A stretch of DNA of 32,849 nt, from sequence record DRR378314_1877; one strand, given 5' to 3'. Shown piece after piece: positions 7,463-16,381 of this stretch. Each line of letters opens with the position of its first letter. The stretch's first letter is position 1. A program made the translations under genes and the position numbers. The notes beneath the pieces were generated by a model. That model made no database searches. It saw only the letters and a list, made by a program, of their open reading frames with translations, and was not told the origin of the DNA.

Positions 7463-8869
7463 TTACTCCCGCTCATAAATAATGGTAAGGCCCGGATTTT
7501 CTTTTTTTAATTGGATTATGTCTGTCTTTGTCACTTGGGTTTGCCACAGGTAAATAGTCTTAAGCTTGGTGAGTTTTGGCACCAGCTCCAAAATACCTTT
7601 TGAAACTTTAGTGCCATAAAGATTAAGCGATTCCAAATTCTCCAACTGCGACAAGCTTTTTAATCCCGTATCGGTAATTTCATTTCCTTTGAGGTCAAGC
7701 TTTACCAAATTATGTAATAACCCGATTTTTTCGAGATACACGTCCTTCACCTTGGAATTACCCAGGTTTAACCAAACCAAATGCTCTTTTAGACCTAAAA
7801 GAACGTCTATATCGGAAGCCTTAAGAGTGTATTCACTCAAACTGTAATTGGCGTCCAGAAAATAATTATCCTTCATCAAAGGATTGATTACAAATCCACG
7901 ACTTATTAAGGAATCGACCACAGCCCGATCGGGAGGAGGAATTTTATTATTAAAAAGATTGTTCTTATCCAATCCAAGATAGTTACTTACCAAAGAGGAG
8001 AGTGATTTTTCTGTATCCAATTGGGTAACAAAACCGCTGGACGGTGCTCCCATTTTGATCCACCATTTGATCAACACTACTTCTTGGTCCGTCAACGGCA
8101 GTTTTCCCTCTGAAGGCATAAAATCGTCATGCTCCATAGGTAGGGTAATCCTTCGTACCAATTCACTCTTCAGGGCATCGCCCGGTACAATGGTGTTATC
8201 ACTTTCACCTCCAAGCATCATCATCTGATAGGAAGTAAGCATAAGGCCTCCTTTCTTTTTCCCTTCGTTATGACAACTAACACATTTGGATTGCATCATG
8301 GGCAATACCAAATCCAGAAACACATCAGCAGAATCCAATACGGCAACTTTTTTACGTGGCTCCATCTTGGAGGGCAATCCGGCCATATTCCTAACGGGAT
8401 TGGGGGCATATTGCAATAAATAGGTGGAACCATGGGTAAGGTTACCCCCCAAATGGCCTGTGAACATGAGTAAAAAACCGATTAAAAAAACTAAGATCCA
8501 TTTAGGAACAGATAGGGAGTTGTTCCATTTTTTATTGATATAGTAACACCCAAAGGACAAAAACATTACTGCAATACCAGCCCATTGATGATAAAACAAG
8601 GTATCCTCATCATAATCGCCACTAAGGGATAGGAAATAACCAAAAATTACAGCCACAACTGCACTTACCGCTCCCATAAACCATGCTAATGGGGTGTAAA
8701 TAGCCAAAGGCTTGTATTTGGGCCAGCGGGAAGCCATTTGTATCAAAATGGCCATAATAAGGAAACCTATGGGAAGATGTACCACTACTGGGTGAAATCT
8801 TCCTAAAAACAGTAGAATATCTGGCGGATTATCCAAAATACCCCCAATCATTAACAAAACAAAACCCAT
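7463..8869 (-). CDS. Membrane protein with a DUF2231-like TM domain, a planctomycete-type cytochrome c domain and C-terminal leucine-rich repeats
   Basis: About 4 TM helices with GRFHPVVVHLPIG, HQW and GHLGGNLTHG. Heme motif CVSCH with HDDFMP. LRR units LVWLNLGNSKV, LVKLDLKGNEI, LESLNLYGTKV and LKTIYLWQTQV. Confidence 0.85.
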   Translation of the reverse strand: MGFVLLMIGGILDNPPDILLFLGRFHPVVVHLPIGFLIMAILIQMASRWPKYKPLAIYTPLAWFMGAVSAVVAVIFGYFLSLSGDYDEDTLFYHQWAGIAVMFLSFGCYYINKKWNNSLSVPKWILVFLIGFLLMFTGHLGGNLTHGSTYLLQYAPNPVRNMAGLPSKMEPRKKVAVLDSADVFLDLVLPMMQSKCVSCHNEGKKKGGLMLTSYQMMMLGGESDNTIVPGDALKSELVRRITLPMEHDDFMPSEGKLPLTDQEVVLIKWWIKMGAPSSGFVTQLDTEKSLSSLVSNYLGLDKNNLFNNKIPPPDRAVVDSLISRGFVINPLMKDNYFLDANYSLSEYTLKASDIDVLLGLKEHLVWLNLGNSKVKDVYLEKIGLLHNLVKLDLKGNEITDTGLKSLSQLENLESLNLYGTKVSKGILELVPKLTKLKTIYLWQTQVTKTDIIQLKKENPGLTIIYERE

Positions 8870-8874
8870 TTATG

Positions 8875-9819
8875 CTATTTAAGAGGAGTACCCTTCAAAG
8901 GTTTTCCATTGGTAGTCAAAATCTGAAAGTGATGCACCCTATGTCCGTCATAACTCCAGACCAAGGATTTATCGGGAGACACCTCAAACAGTTTTATTCC
9001 CTTTTGTGCCCCGTAACTGGCAATTACCGTATTTCCGTTGGGTAATCTTTGAGCTCCGCAAGGGTCAACAAATGGAGACTCCTTTACATGGGAATTGTTT
9101 ATTTCCCAAACCACTTTGCCATTGGCATCAAACTCTACCACCTTGTTCCCATGGGTTAAAGTAACTAAGGTATTGCCATTATCCAAGCGAATGGCCGTAA
9201 AGGGCCAATTTTCTGCTTCCCTACCTCCCAAATCTGCCAAATCCGTTCTAAAAACATTCACCACATTACCGTCTGGTTGGTATTCCTTAACGGCAAAGGC
9301 CAATAAATGGGGTGCCAAGTAATTTCCATTCGTCAATTTCCTGGCCATTCGTGTCTGCATATGAATATTATCGGTATCTGGTTTTAGAGGAACACTTTTA
9401 ACCACCTCCCCTTTTTTATTGACCTCAACTATTCTTGGATTTGATCCTGATTCGGTAATCATAGTATTGCCATTGGACAAACGCACCGCAGTTCCCAATT
9501 CCATAGTTTTCTCTGCTCGGGAATAGGTGAAAACCACCTTCTTTTTCTTATTGTATTCCCGCACTTCGTCTGCCCAACAAATAAGGATATTGCCATTATT
9601 TAAGACATAACCGTCCCTTGCGCCCTTTTTTCCGGAATCCCAAATTTCCTCCCCATCCTCTCCAATAATCCCTGTAAAATTCGGTCCCGCTATAAAAAAC
9701 GAATGCCTAATTTCTTTTGCCTTTATGGGGAAATGATCAGGTTGAAAAGTAATGCCCTGATTTACAAAAAACAGGGGGGACATCATTAATAAGAGCAGTC
9801 CTTTGCTAAAAATATTCAT
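8875..9819 (-). CDS. Secreted beta-propeller repeat protein of unknown function
   Basis: N-terminal signal-like segment. Five (R/K/V)LxNGN blade repeats: VLNNGNIL, RLSNGNTM, KLTNGNYL, RLDNGNTL, RLPNGNTV. Confidence 0.7.
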   Translation of the reverse strand: MNIFSKGLLLLMMSPLFFVNQGITFQPDHFPIKAKEIRHSFFIAGPNFTGIIGEDGEEIWDSGKKGARDGYVLNNGNILICWADEVREYNKKKKVVFTYSRAEKTMELGTAVRLSNGNTMITESGSNPRIVEVNKKGEVVKSVPLKPDTDNIHMQTRMARKLTNGNYLAPHLLAFAVKEYQPDGNVVNVFRTDLADLGGREAENWPFTAIRLDNGNTLVTLTHGNKVVEFDANGKVVWEINNSHVKESPFVDPCGAQRLPNGNTVIASYGAQKGIKLFEVSPDKSLVWSYDGHRVHHFQILTTNGKPLKGTPLK

Positions 9820-9846
9820 TCGCGTGTATTAAAATTAAAGTTTGGT

Positions 9847-11298
9847 TTAGGCTAAAATATCCTTTACAAGGTTCCCGTGAACATCCGTCAATCTCATGTC
9901 ACGGCCCCCAAATCGGAAGGTCAATTGTTTGTGATCCAATCCCAGCAAGTGCATAATGGTTGCATGTAGATCATGTACCGTTACTTCGTTTTCTATTACT
10001 CGGTAACCATATTCATCGGTTTTGCCAAAGATAGTACCTCCTTTAACACCCGCTCCTGCCATCCACATACTAAACGCGGACGGATTGTGGTCCCTACCAT
10101 CCGTTCCCTGTGCGAAGGGTGTTCTTCCGAATTCTCCGGTCCAAACCACCAATGTTTCCTCCAAAAGTCCACGGGACTTTAAATCCTTGAGCAGTCCGGC
10201 TATAGGTTGGTCAACGGCATGTGCATTTTTTTCATGGCCTTTTTTTAAATTACTGTGCTGGTCCCATCTGTCAACACCTGGACCAACGTTGGGACAAGTA
10301 AGTTCTACAAACCTAACGCCCCTCTCTATCAACCTTCTTGCCAAGATGCATTGAGAAGCATACCCCCTCAAATTGGGATCATCGGAATCCATGCCATACA
10401 GTTTTTTGGTGGCCTCAGTTTCCTCCTTAAACTCGGTAAGTTCTGGAATGGAGGATTGCATTTTATAGGCAAGTTCATAATTGGAAATGGCAGATTCCAC
10501 GGCATCGGCCTCTCCAATTTTCCCAATTAAACTATTATCCAATTGTTTAATAAACTGAAGTTTTTCCTCCTGAAGATTTTTAATGCCTTCCCTTGGGTTG
10601 ATATTGGCTACAGGTTCTGGACCAGATTTAAATACAGAAGCCTGATAGGATGCCGGCAAAAACCCATTCTTAAAATTGTCCAATCCTCCTGGGGGAACCA
10701 GCCCTCCGTCCAGAACAACATAGCCAGGTATATTTTTATTCTCGCTCCCCAATCCATAGTTCATCCAGGCACCCATACTTGGGCGTCCCTGTAAACCACT
10801 ACCGGTATGTAAAAAATAATTGGCATTGGTATGTTCCGGAAAATTGGAAACCATGGATCTTATTAGAGCAATGTCGTCTACGCAGGTGGCAATATGTGGA
10901 AACAGATCGCTCACCGGCATCCCACATTCCCCGTATTGCTTAAAATCCCATGGACTTTTTAATATCTTGCCCACATTGTCGAACTGTGTGGCATCTACCT
11001 TAAATTTCTTTCTTGGATCCTCCCCGTTCTCCTTGGTGAGACGCGGTTTGGGATCAAAGGAGTCCACTTGCGATACTCCCCCATCCATATAGAGAAAGAT
11101 TACGTTTTTTGCCTTGGGCAAATAATGCGGTCCCAAATAAAGGTTGGAAGCAGTTTCTAGGTGACTTGCCCTTTTGCAACCAAATGGCAGGGTCCCAAAA
11201 AGGCCCATAAAAGCCAGTGACCCGAAACCTCCGGCCGATAAGCCCAACATTTCCCGACGGGAAATAACCCTTGGTTTAGTATTGTGATGATGGCCCAT
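9847..11298 (-). CDS. DUF1501 domain protein (sulfatase/alkaline-phosphatase-like fold), Tat-exported
   Basis: SRREML twin-arginine motif. Motifs KAKNVIFLYMDGGVSQVDSFDPKP, ARRLIERGVRFV, WDQH, GEFGRTP, GRDH, HDLHATI and RLTDVHG. Confidence 0.92.
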   Translation of the reverse strand: MGHHHNTKPRVISRREMLGLSAGGFGSLAFMGLFGTLPFGCKRASHLETASNLYLGPHYLPKAKNVIFLYMDGGVSQVDSFDPKPRLTKENGEDPRKKFKVDATQFDNVGKILKSPWDFKQYGECGMPVSDLFPHIATCVDDIALIRSMVSNFPEHTNANYFLHTGSGLQGRPSMGAWMNYGLGSENKNIPGYVVLDGGLVPPGGLDNFKNGFLPASYQASVFKSGPEPVANINPREGIKNLQEEKLQFIKQLDNSLIGKIGEADAVESAISNYELAYKMQSSIPELTEFKEETEATKKLYGMDSDDPNLRGYASQCILARRLIERGVRFVELTCPNVGPGVDRWDQHSNLKKGHEKNAHAVDQPIAGLLKDLKSRGLLEETLVVWTGEFGRTPFAQGTDGRDHNPSAFSMWMAGAGVKGGTIFGKTDEYGYRVIENEVTVHDLHATIMHLLGLDHKQLTFRFGGRDMRLTDVHGNLVKDILA

Positions 11299-14273
11299 TA
11301 TATAAGGTATATGAATTCTTTTAAATTAAAAATACTATGACAATACTCTTTCCATAATGCCAATTCTTGGTTATCCGAAGCATCTGCCTTTCCCTCCATG
11401 GTCCTCAGCATATCAAAAAAATTGGATGCCTTCTCAAGTTCTTCCGAAGTTGCCAAACGTGAAAAAGCCTGTATATAAATCCATTGTACTTTTTCCTCAA
11501 AACTGACCAATCCTTTTTCCAATAACTTTCCGGCCATGATTTCTGCCTGTTGTTCAACCAATGGATCGTTCATTAATATCAAGGATTGCGAAGGCACATT
11601 GGTAACGTTCCTACTCCCAAAAGTGCTAAAGGGAATTGGACGGTCAAAGGTGGTCATCATTGGCTCCAAGAAATTCCTTCGGACCTCCAAATAAATACTT
11701 CTCCGGCCTTCCCCATCTATAGGCCCTGATTTCCCAGGCCGGCCACGACCTTGCATAAATTCTGTAAGATAAGTAGCTACTGGTGGCCCGTACATAGTGG
11801 AATCCAAACTTTCTGTAACTACCAGTATTCCATCGCGAATGGCCTCAGCCTCCAACCTTCTTACAGGAAATGAAGCCAAATAAATATTGTTGGGATCCTT
11901 ATTGGCCAGCAAATCATTCCTTAAAGTACTCCTTTTAAAAGTCTCTGAAGTAACTATTGCCCTTATCATGCTTTTTATGGACCAGCCATCATTCTGAAAT
12001 TTAACAGCCAGGTAATCCAAGAGTTCAGGATGGGATGGCAATTTTCCCTGAAGGCCAAAATTGTCAACAGTTTCCACAATTCCTCTCCCAAACAAATGGT
12101 GCCAAATCCGGTTTACCATCACACGGGATGTTAAAGGATTATCCTTGTTCAACATCACCTCAGCTAATTCCATACGACCGCTACCTTCAGATTTAAATAC
12201 GGAATCGCCCAATGACAATACCGATAAAAATCTCCTAGGAATAGGTTCTTCGGAAGGCTCCTTATAGTTGCCTCTATTAAAAATAGGACTGTCAATTCCG
12301 TAACCATCGTATATCCCATTAAAAAAGGAATCGGTTTTTAATCTATTGGCCAATTGTTGGCTACTATCCACCACCGGTTTCAATTCAGGGAAATTTAAAG
12401 GCAATTTTCCCTTTTTAAGATCTTCGTTAAGCATTTTAACTTTGTACGGAGAGATATCCAAGGTGGCCCAATTATCATTGACCTGTTCCAAGCTAATCCC
12501 ATTTTCCATATCGGCCGGCCATTCGCCATCATAGGCAATGGCATATTGTGCCTCAATATATGCATCCTCAGGTAGATTATATATGTGGCGCTCATAACCC
12601 CCTGGTATAATTTCAATATATGCCTTTCTGCCTTTCCAGGCCGCCACGTTAAAAACAAAATTATTCCAGTTCCCGGTATTCACCCTTTGGTCCATTCCCC
12701 CATAAATGGGATTTTGGATCAATTGAAAATTGTCTATAATTATTCTAATACTACTGTTTTGACCAAGGGCCCTAACCCCAATAAAATCTTTATCCAAGAC
12801 CATATTCGGAGATCGCAAGGCTCCAAAAATTCCCATTCCCATTGCCTTGCTGGAAGCCTTCCCGTCCTGCAATCCAAGCAATTTACCGGTAGCCGGATCT
12901 ACTATGGGGTCGCCCAGGGTAGATCGCTGTCCAAAAGCAAAACCATCACTGGTCCAACCATCAAAATCGCTGCCTCTAAAGTCGCCTATAAGGGTATAAT
13001 TTGTATTTGTCGTGGCTACTGCAGTATTCTGCGCAAGTTCTGCATTTTCAGCACTATTTTTCTCTGTTGACCATTTACTGGCCACCAACTTTCGCATATA
13101 GGCTTTAAGATCGACCAATTCCTTGGCCGCCAATTTTTTGTCCTTACTAACATCGGCAGGAACAGGCGAAAACCTGGTACTTTCCATTACCCCATAAAGT
13201 GCATAATAATCCGCCGCAGTAATGGGATCGAACTTATGGTCGTGACATTTTGCACAGGAAACCGTCAATCCCTGAAAGGTCTTGGTAGTAACGTCTATCA
13301 TATTATCAATACGATCTGCCTCGTCCTGGCGCACATCAACAGGACTATGGGTGCCTTCACCCATTACATAGAAAGTAGTACCGAGCCTAGATTCGGAAAC
13401 TCCGGTTTCCTTATTTTCCCTAGTATTCTCCAATAAGTCCCCAGCGATATGTTCTTTTAAAATTTGATCGTAGGGTACATCCTCGTTAAATGCCCTGATC
13501 AAATGGTCACGGTATTTCCAGGCACCCGTTATGGTATAATCAAATTCGTGGCCCTTTGTTTCGGCGTAGCGCACCAAATCCATCCAATGTCTTGCCCATC
13601 TTTCCCCAAAAGCAGGTGAATTCAAATAAACATCTACCATATTATTATAGGCCACCTTAGTGGTATCAGCAATAAATTTCTGTACCTCCTTTGGATTTGG
13701 AGGTAAGCCGGTAAGTAAATAGGATACTCTACGGATAAGGGAATTTTTATTGGCAATTGGAACTTTTTCCAAGCCTTTCACTTCCATTTGCTTGCCTATT
13801 AAAAAATCGATGGCATTGGGGTCTTCTAGGTCCATTTTGGTTTCCGGGCTAATAAAGGACCAATGTTCTTTCCATTGCGCCCCTTGATCAATCCACTTGT
13901 TCAAAAGGGCTTTTTCCCTCTCGGTAAGTTTCAGATTGGTCTCAGGTGGTGGCATTATCTGGCCAGGATCTTCGTTATAAATACGCTGCACCAGATTACT
14001 TTTGGAAGTCTTCCCTGGCACAATGGCATGACCGCCTTCCTTGAGCGCCGCCGTGGCACCTTCGTAAGTATCCAGTCGCAATTCCGCTTTTCTACTACTT
14101 GGGTCGGGACCGTGGCACAAATAACAATTCTGTACCAATATGGGTTTTACGTGAAAATTAAAATCGACCACTTTAGGTAAAGGTTCAGAGAACTGTTGTG
14201 ATCTATCACAAGAAATTCCGAGAACACCTAGGCTACAAAATAAGATCAGGACATTAATTCTACGCAAATACAT
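11298..14273 (-). CDS. PSD1/planctomycete cytochrome c domain protein (PSCyt1 + DUF1549 + DUF1553), lipoprotein
   Basis: Lipobox LGISC. Heme motifs CYLCH (with MPP) and CAKCHDHKFDP. Motifs GERWARHWMDLVRYAET, RVMVNRIWHHLFGRGIV, PSHPELLD and RRLEAEAIRD. ATG 14273 is preferred over TTG 14279. The stop overlaps the next start (TAATG). Confidence 0.92.
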   Translation of the reverse strand: MYLRRINVLILFCSLGVLGISCDRSQQFSEPLPKVVDFNFHVKPILVQNCYLCHGPDPSSRKAELRLDTYEGATAALKEGGHAIVPGKTSKSNLVQRIYNEDPGQIMPPPETNLKLTEREKALLNKWIDQGAQWKEHWSFISPETKMDLEDPNAIDFLIGKQMEVKGLEKVPIANKNSLIRRVSYLLTGLPPNPKEVQKFIADTTKVAYNNMVDVYLNSPAFGERWARHWMDLVRYAETKGHEFDYTITGAWKYRDHLIRAFNEDVPYDQILKEHIAGDLLENTRENKETGVSESRLGTTFYVMGEGTHSPVDVRQDEADRIDNMIDVTTKTFQGLTVSCAKCHDHKFDPITAADYYALYGVMESTRFSPVPADVSKDKKLAAKELVDLKAYMRKLVASKWSTEKNSAENAELAQNTAVATTNTNYTLIGDFRGSDFDGWTSDGFAFGQRSTLGDPIVDPATGKLLGLQDGKASSKAMGMGIFGALRSPNMVLDKDFIGVRALGQNSSIRIIIDNFQLIQNPIYGGMDQRVNTGNWNNFVFNVAAWKGRKAYIEIIPGGYERHIYNLPEDAYIEAQYAIAYDGEWPADMENGISLEQVNDNWATLDISPYKVKMLNEDLKKGKLPLNFPELKPVVDSSQQLANRLKTDSFFNGIYDGYGIDSPIFNRGNYKEPSEEPIPRRFLSVLSLGDSVFKSEGSGRMELAEVMLNKDNPLTSRVMVNRIWHHLFGRGIVETVDNFGLQGKLPSHPELLDYLAVKFQNDGWSIKSMIRAIVTSETFKRSTLRNDLLANKDPNNIYLASFPVRRLEAEAIRDGILVVTESLDSTMYGPPVATYLTEFMQGRGRPGKSGPIDGEGRRSIYLEVRRNFLEPMMTTFDRPIPFSTFGSRNVTNVPSQSLILMNDPLVEQQAEIMAGKLLEKGLVSFEEKVQWIYIQAFSRLATSEELEKASNFFDMLRTMEGKADASDNQELALWKEYCHSIFNLKEFIYLI

Positions 14274-14296
14274 TGTCAAAATTTTATACTCATTGT

Positions 14297-14327
14297 CAAA
14301 TATAAGCTTTCAAAATATTAATACCAA
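14297..14327 (-). promoter_or_regulatory. Bacteroidota housekeeping-sigma promoter for the PSD1/DUF1501 operon
   Basis: On the minus strand, TTG (14327-14325) - 20 nt - TATATTTG (14304-14297) matches the -33 TTG / -7 TAnnTTTG consensus, about 25 nt upstream of the ATG. Confidence 0.55.
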
Positions 14328-14499
14328 CCATTAAAATTGCACGGATAGGTATAAATTGTGCCTTGAAAGTACAAAAAATAAGGGTTGGACGGAGCTACAA
14401 CTTACCAATACCTCAACGAGGCCTTGCAGAATAATCGTGAGCCTGCTAAATTATTATAAGCGCAAATCTGGATTCCAAAATGAAAATCTATCCTGTGCG

Positions 14500-14551
14500 A
14501 CTTCTCCCCCGATAGCTATCGGGAGCCCCGCAAAAGGGACTCAGTAGAAGT
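14500..14551. repeat. REP-like palindromic element
   Basis: Perfect 16-bp palindrome CCCGATAGCTATCGGG (14508-14523), enclosed by ACTTCT (14500-14505) and AGAAGT (14546-14551). It is a GC-rich island in an intergenic region and resembles a repeat I recall from Flavobacteriaceae genomes. Confidence 0.65.
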
Positions 14552-14657
14552 GACTACTATTGAGATTACCCCTTATCTGCCAATTGACAAAAGCTGTTCA
14601 AGCCAATTAAGTATTACTTGACCAGCCAACACCTTAAAAATAGATGAAGTTCCGCTG

Positions 14658-15302
14658 TTAAAATAGAAGTTCTAGATCCACTATTTTATTAATAGAATGC
14701 TCCGCCTTGGGAACATCTCCAAAGCCATATTTGGCAAAAACAAAAGGAATTTGGTTCCCAATCGCCGCCGTATAATCTCCCATGGTATCCCCAATATAGA
14801 TGGGTTTGGTGAGTTTATTTCTTTCAATGACCATTTTTACGTTTTCAGTCTTTGACAAGCCCGTATTGCCCGAACATTCAAAATCTTTGAAGTAAGCACT
14901 TAAACCATGAAATTCATAAAAGGCTTCTATATAGCCGGCCTGACAATTACTGACTATAAACAGATCATACTTTTTACCTAAGGTTTTCAAAGTTGCCTCC
15001 AATCCATGGTACAAAACCCCTCCGGACTCCTTAATGTCATTTACCTCCTGTACATAGCAACTATTCATAACTTGAAATTGCTGCTCTTCGCTTAAATATG
15101 GAAATAATTTCTTACCTACCAAATCGTGCTGCATTCCCAAAATACCCTGTATATCTTCCTCCGAAATGGGGTTTTTAATACAATCGAATCCATTCAAAGC
15201 TGTATGCCAAGCCTTAATGCTCATGGGCATAGGGTCCCATAGGGTTCCATCCAGGTCAAAAATGATGTTTTCAATATTGTCCCTTAAATCACTCAGAGCC
15301 AT
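14658..15302 (-). CDS. HAD-superfamily hydrolase (phosphatase)
   Basis: Motif I IFDLDGTL, motif II VSN, conserved Lys in SKTEN and motif IV YIGDTMGD. No signal peptide. Confidence 0.9.
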   Translation of the reverse strand: MALSDLRDNIENIIFDLDGTLWDPMPMSIKAWHTALNGFDCIKNPISEEDIQGILGMQHDLVGKKLFPYLSEEQQFQVMNSCYVQEVNDIKESGGVLYHGLEATLKTLGKKYDLFIVSNCQAGYIEAFYEFHGLSAYFKDFECSGNTGLSKTENVKMVIERNKLTKPIYIGDTMGDYTAAIGNQIPFVFAKYGFGDVPKAEHSINKIVDLELLF

Positions 15303-15330
15303 TTTTTAAAAGTTTTAAATAGTACAGGTC

Positions 15331-16338
15331 CTAAATTAAGTTGACTACCTCACCTGTTTCGGCCGATTTATAGGCCGCATCCACAATGTCCAGCACCATT
15401 TGTCCTTCCGAAAGTCCTGGAACCGGTTGTTGTCTGGTTTTGAGACATTCAACAAAATACTCCATTTGACGGGTATAGATTATTTGGTCGCAGTGATCCT
15501 CCCTTTTTGGAAGCTCGGGCACTGTGGTTACCGTACCTTCACCTTCCTTCATTTTTAAAAATGTAGGAAACAGATTGGCATAACCCTTTGTGCCAAACAG
15601 ACTGGTACTAGCTTCAGGTCCGTCCATATGTGGATGCCACCATCCACTTTCAATGATGCTTTCCGTGCCATTGTCCCAAGTAATTACCAAGATTCCCGTG
15701 TCGTCTACATCATAATCCCCAAATTCCGTGGAAATTCTGGCATATACCTTTACGGGTTTTGGATCTCCCAAGATATATCTTACTGCATCAATGGCATGCA
15801 CCCCCATATCTGCCAAGGCCCCGCCCCCGGCCAACTCCTTTTTGGTAAACCATCCGGAAGGGCCCCAATTTTCATGTATTCCGTAGCCCTTGGTCTTAAA
15901 TACTCTTCCTATTGTTCCCGAGGCTACGGTATCCTTTATATAACGGGTATCGGTATCGAAACGCCACATATGACCAACCATCACCAATTGGTTATGCTTG
16001 GTTGCTACCTCAGCTATTTGTTTGCCTTCATCACCACTCATTCCCATGGGTTTTTCAAGAAAAACATCCTTACCATTCTGCAAAAACTCTATGGCATAGG
16101 GAGCGTGAAATTGATTGGGAGTACTTATAATTACCGCATCCAGATCATCCCTTTTTACCAATGATGAAATATCGATCAAAGCCTCTTTAATATTGTATTT
16201 AAGGGCAAATTTTTGGGCATTATCTAGGTTTTTGGACACTACGGCCGCTATTTCAACATCGGCCAAGGTTTGCAGTCCACGAGCGTGATAATCCGATATA
16301 AATCCCGCACCTATTAGGGCTATTTTAATTTTTTCCAT
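15331..16338 (-). CDS. Gfo/Idh/MocA family NAD(P)-dependent oxidoreductase
   Basis: Rossmann motif IGAGFIS, STPNQFH, EKP and GGGALADMGVHAID. No signal peptide. Confidence 0.92.
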   Translation of the reverse strand: MEKIKIALIGAGFISDYHARGLQTLADVEIAAVVSKNLDNAQKFALKYNIKEALIDISSLVKRDDLDAVIISTPNQFHAPYAIEFLQNGKDVFLEKPMGMSGDEGKQIAEVATKHNQLVMVGHMWRFDTDTRYIKDTVASGTIGRVFKTKGYGIHENWGPSGWFTKKELAGGGALADMGVHAIDAVRYILGDPKPVKVYARISTEFGDYDVDDTGILVITWDNGTESIIESGWWHPHMDGPEASTSLFGTKGYANLFPTFLKMKEGEGTVTTVPELPKREDHCDQIIYTRQMEYFVECLKTRQQPVPGLSEGQMVLDIVDAAYKSAETGEVVNLI

Positions 16339-16381
16339 TTTTTATAAATTACTTAAATTTCTATGGCCGGGCAGTAGCGTT

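Noticed and set aside
14356-14547. 63-aa intergenic ORF, or a tRNA/riboswitch in the GC-rich patch
   Set aside because: The ORF has a non-ATG start and runs through the palindromic repeat. There is no cloverleaf, T-arm or recognisable aptamer.
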